DNA of 64,000 nucleotides, from NCBI GenBank assembly GCA_964188305.1, contig OZ076888.1. One strand, 5' to 3'. Shown here piece after piece: positions 63,616 to 64,000 of the stretch. The first letter of the stretch is position 1. Each line of letters starts with the position of its first letter. The notes beneath the pieces were generated by a model. It did not search any database and was not told where the DNA came from. It saw nothing but the letters and a program-made list of their open reading frames with translations. The DNA is from Podarcis bocagei (Eukaryota). Both the position numbers and the translations under genes were made by a program.

Positions 63616-64000
63616 GTAAGTACCTGTTCACATATCATGTATGTAAGAACTCACATGGAGGGAGATGTGCAGTTTCCATCAATTCACTTTTAGTCAGTGA
63701 TACCAGCTGCAACTATGCATTGGCCCTCTTCTAATGATTTCCGTACAAAATGGTTTTGGTTGAATATCCATTCCAATATTTATTGCAGTCATAATTTGTT
63801 GTATGGTGATTATGAGGACCAAGGTCATACTGGAGACATATTTCAAGGGAGGCTTGGTCCCGAAGGAACTATATTTTGAATGGGAAATAGAGAGGAAGGG
63901 GGGAGAGAAAAAGTATCGGCCTAGGAACATGAGCAAACAGGTGATCATAGCAGATGGCAAGTTCAAGGGAACAGCAAAATAGTACTTGTCACTGACACTT

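Overview
This is eukaryotic (vertebrate) DNA. The repeat content (Sauria-type SINEs with (ACCTTT)n tails, a (CTT)n-tailed tRNA-derived SINE, RTE/CR1/L2/L1 fragments, a Penelope-type inverted insertion) points to a squamate, probably a lacertid lizard. The whole window lies inside one + strand gene, the ephrin type-B receptor EPHB1. Nine consecutive coding exons are present (exons 4-12 by recalled human numbering). They cover the Cys-rich region, two FN3 domains, the TM helix, the juxtamembrane segment and the N-terminal kinase domain. All have AG/GT boundaries and splice into one open frame of 1541 nt; the 5' and 3' exons lie outside the window. Most ORF-track entries are spurious. The most notable observations are: (1) a Penelope-type insertion in intron 4 with a 13-bp TSD, a perfect 76-bp inverted repeat and a minimal hammerhead-ribozyme motif intact only on the EPHB1 sense strand; (2) three in-frame 5' splice donors on exon 6 (-32 aa, canonical, +19 aa); (3) inverted MITE pairs bracketing the frame-symmetric FN3 exon modules, which are candidates for exon skipping or stop-free circRNAs. 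No new protein-coding system could be supported.
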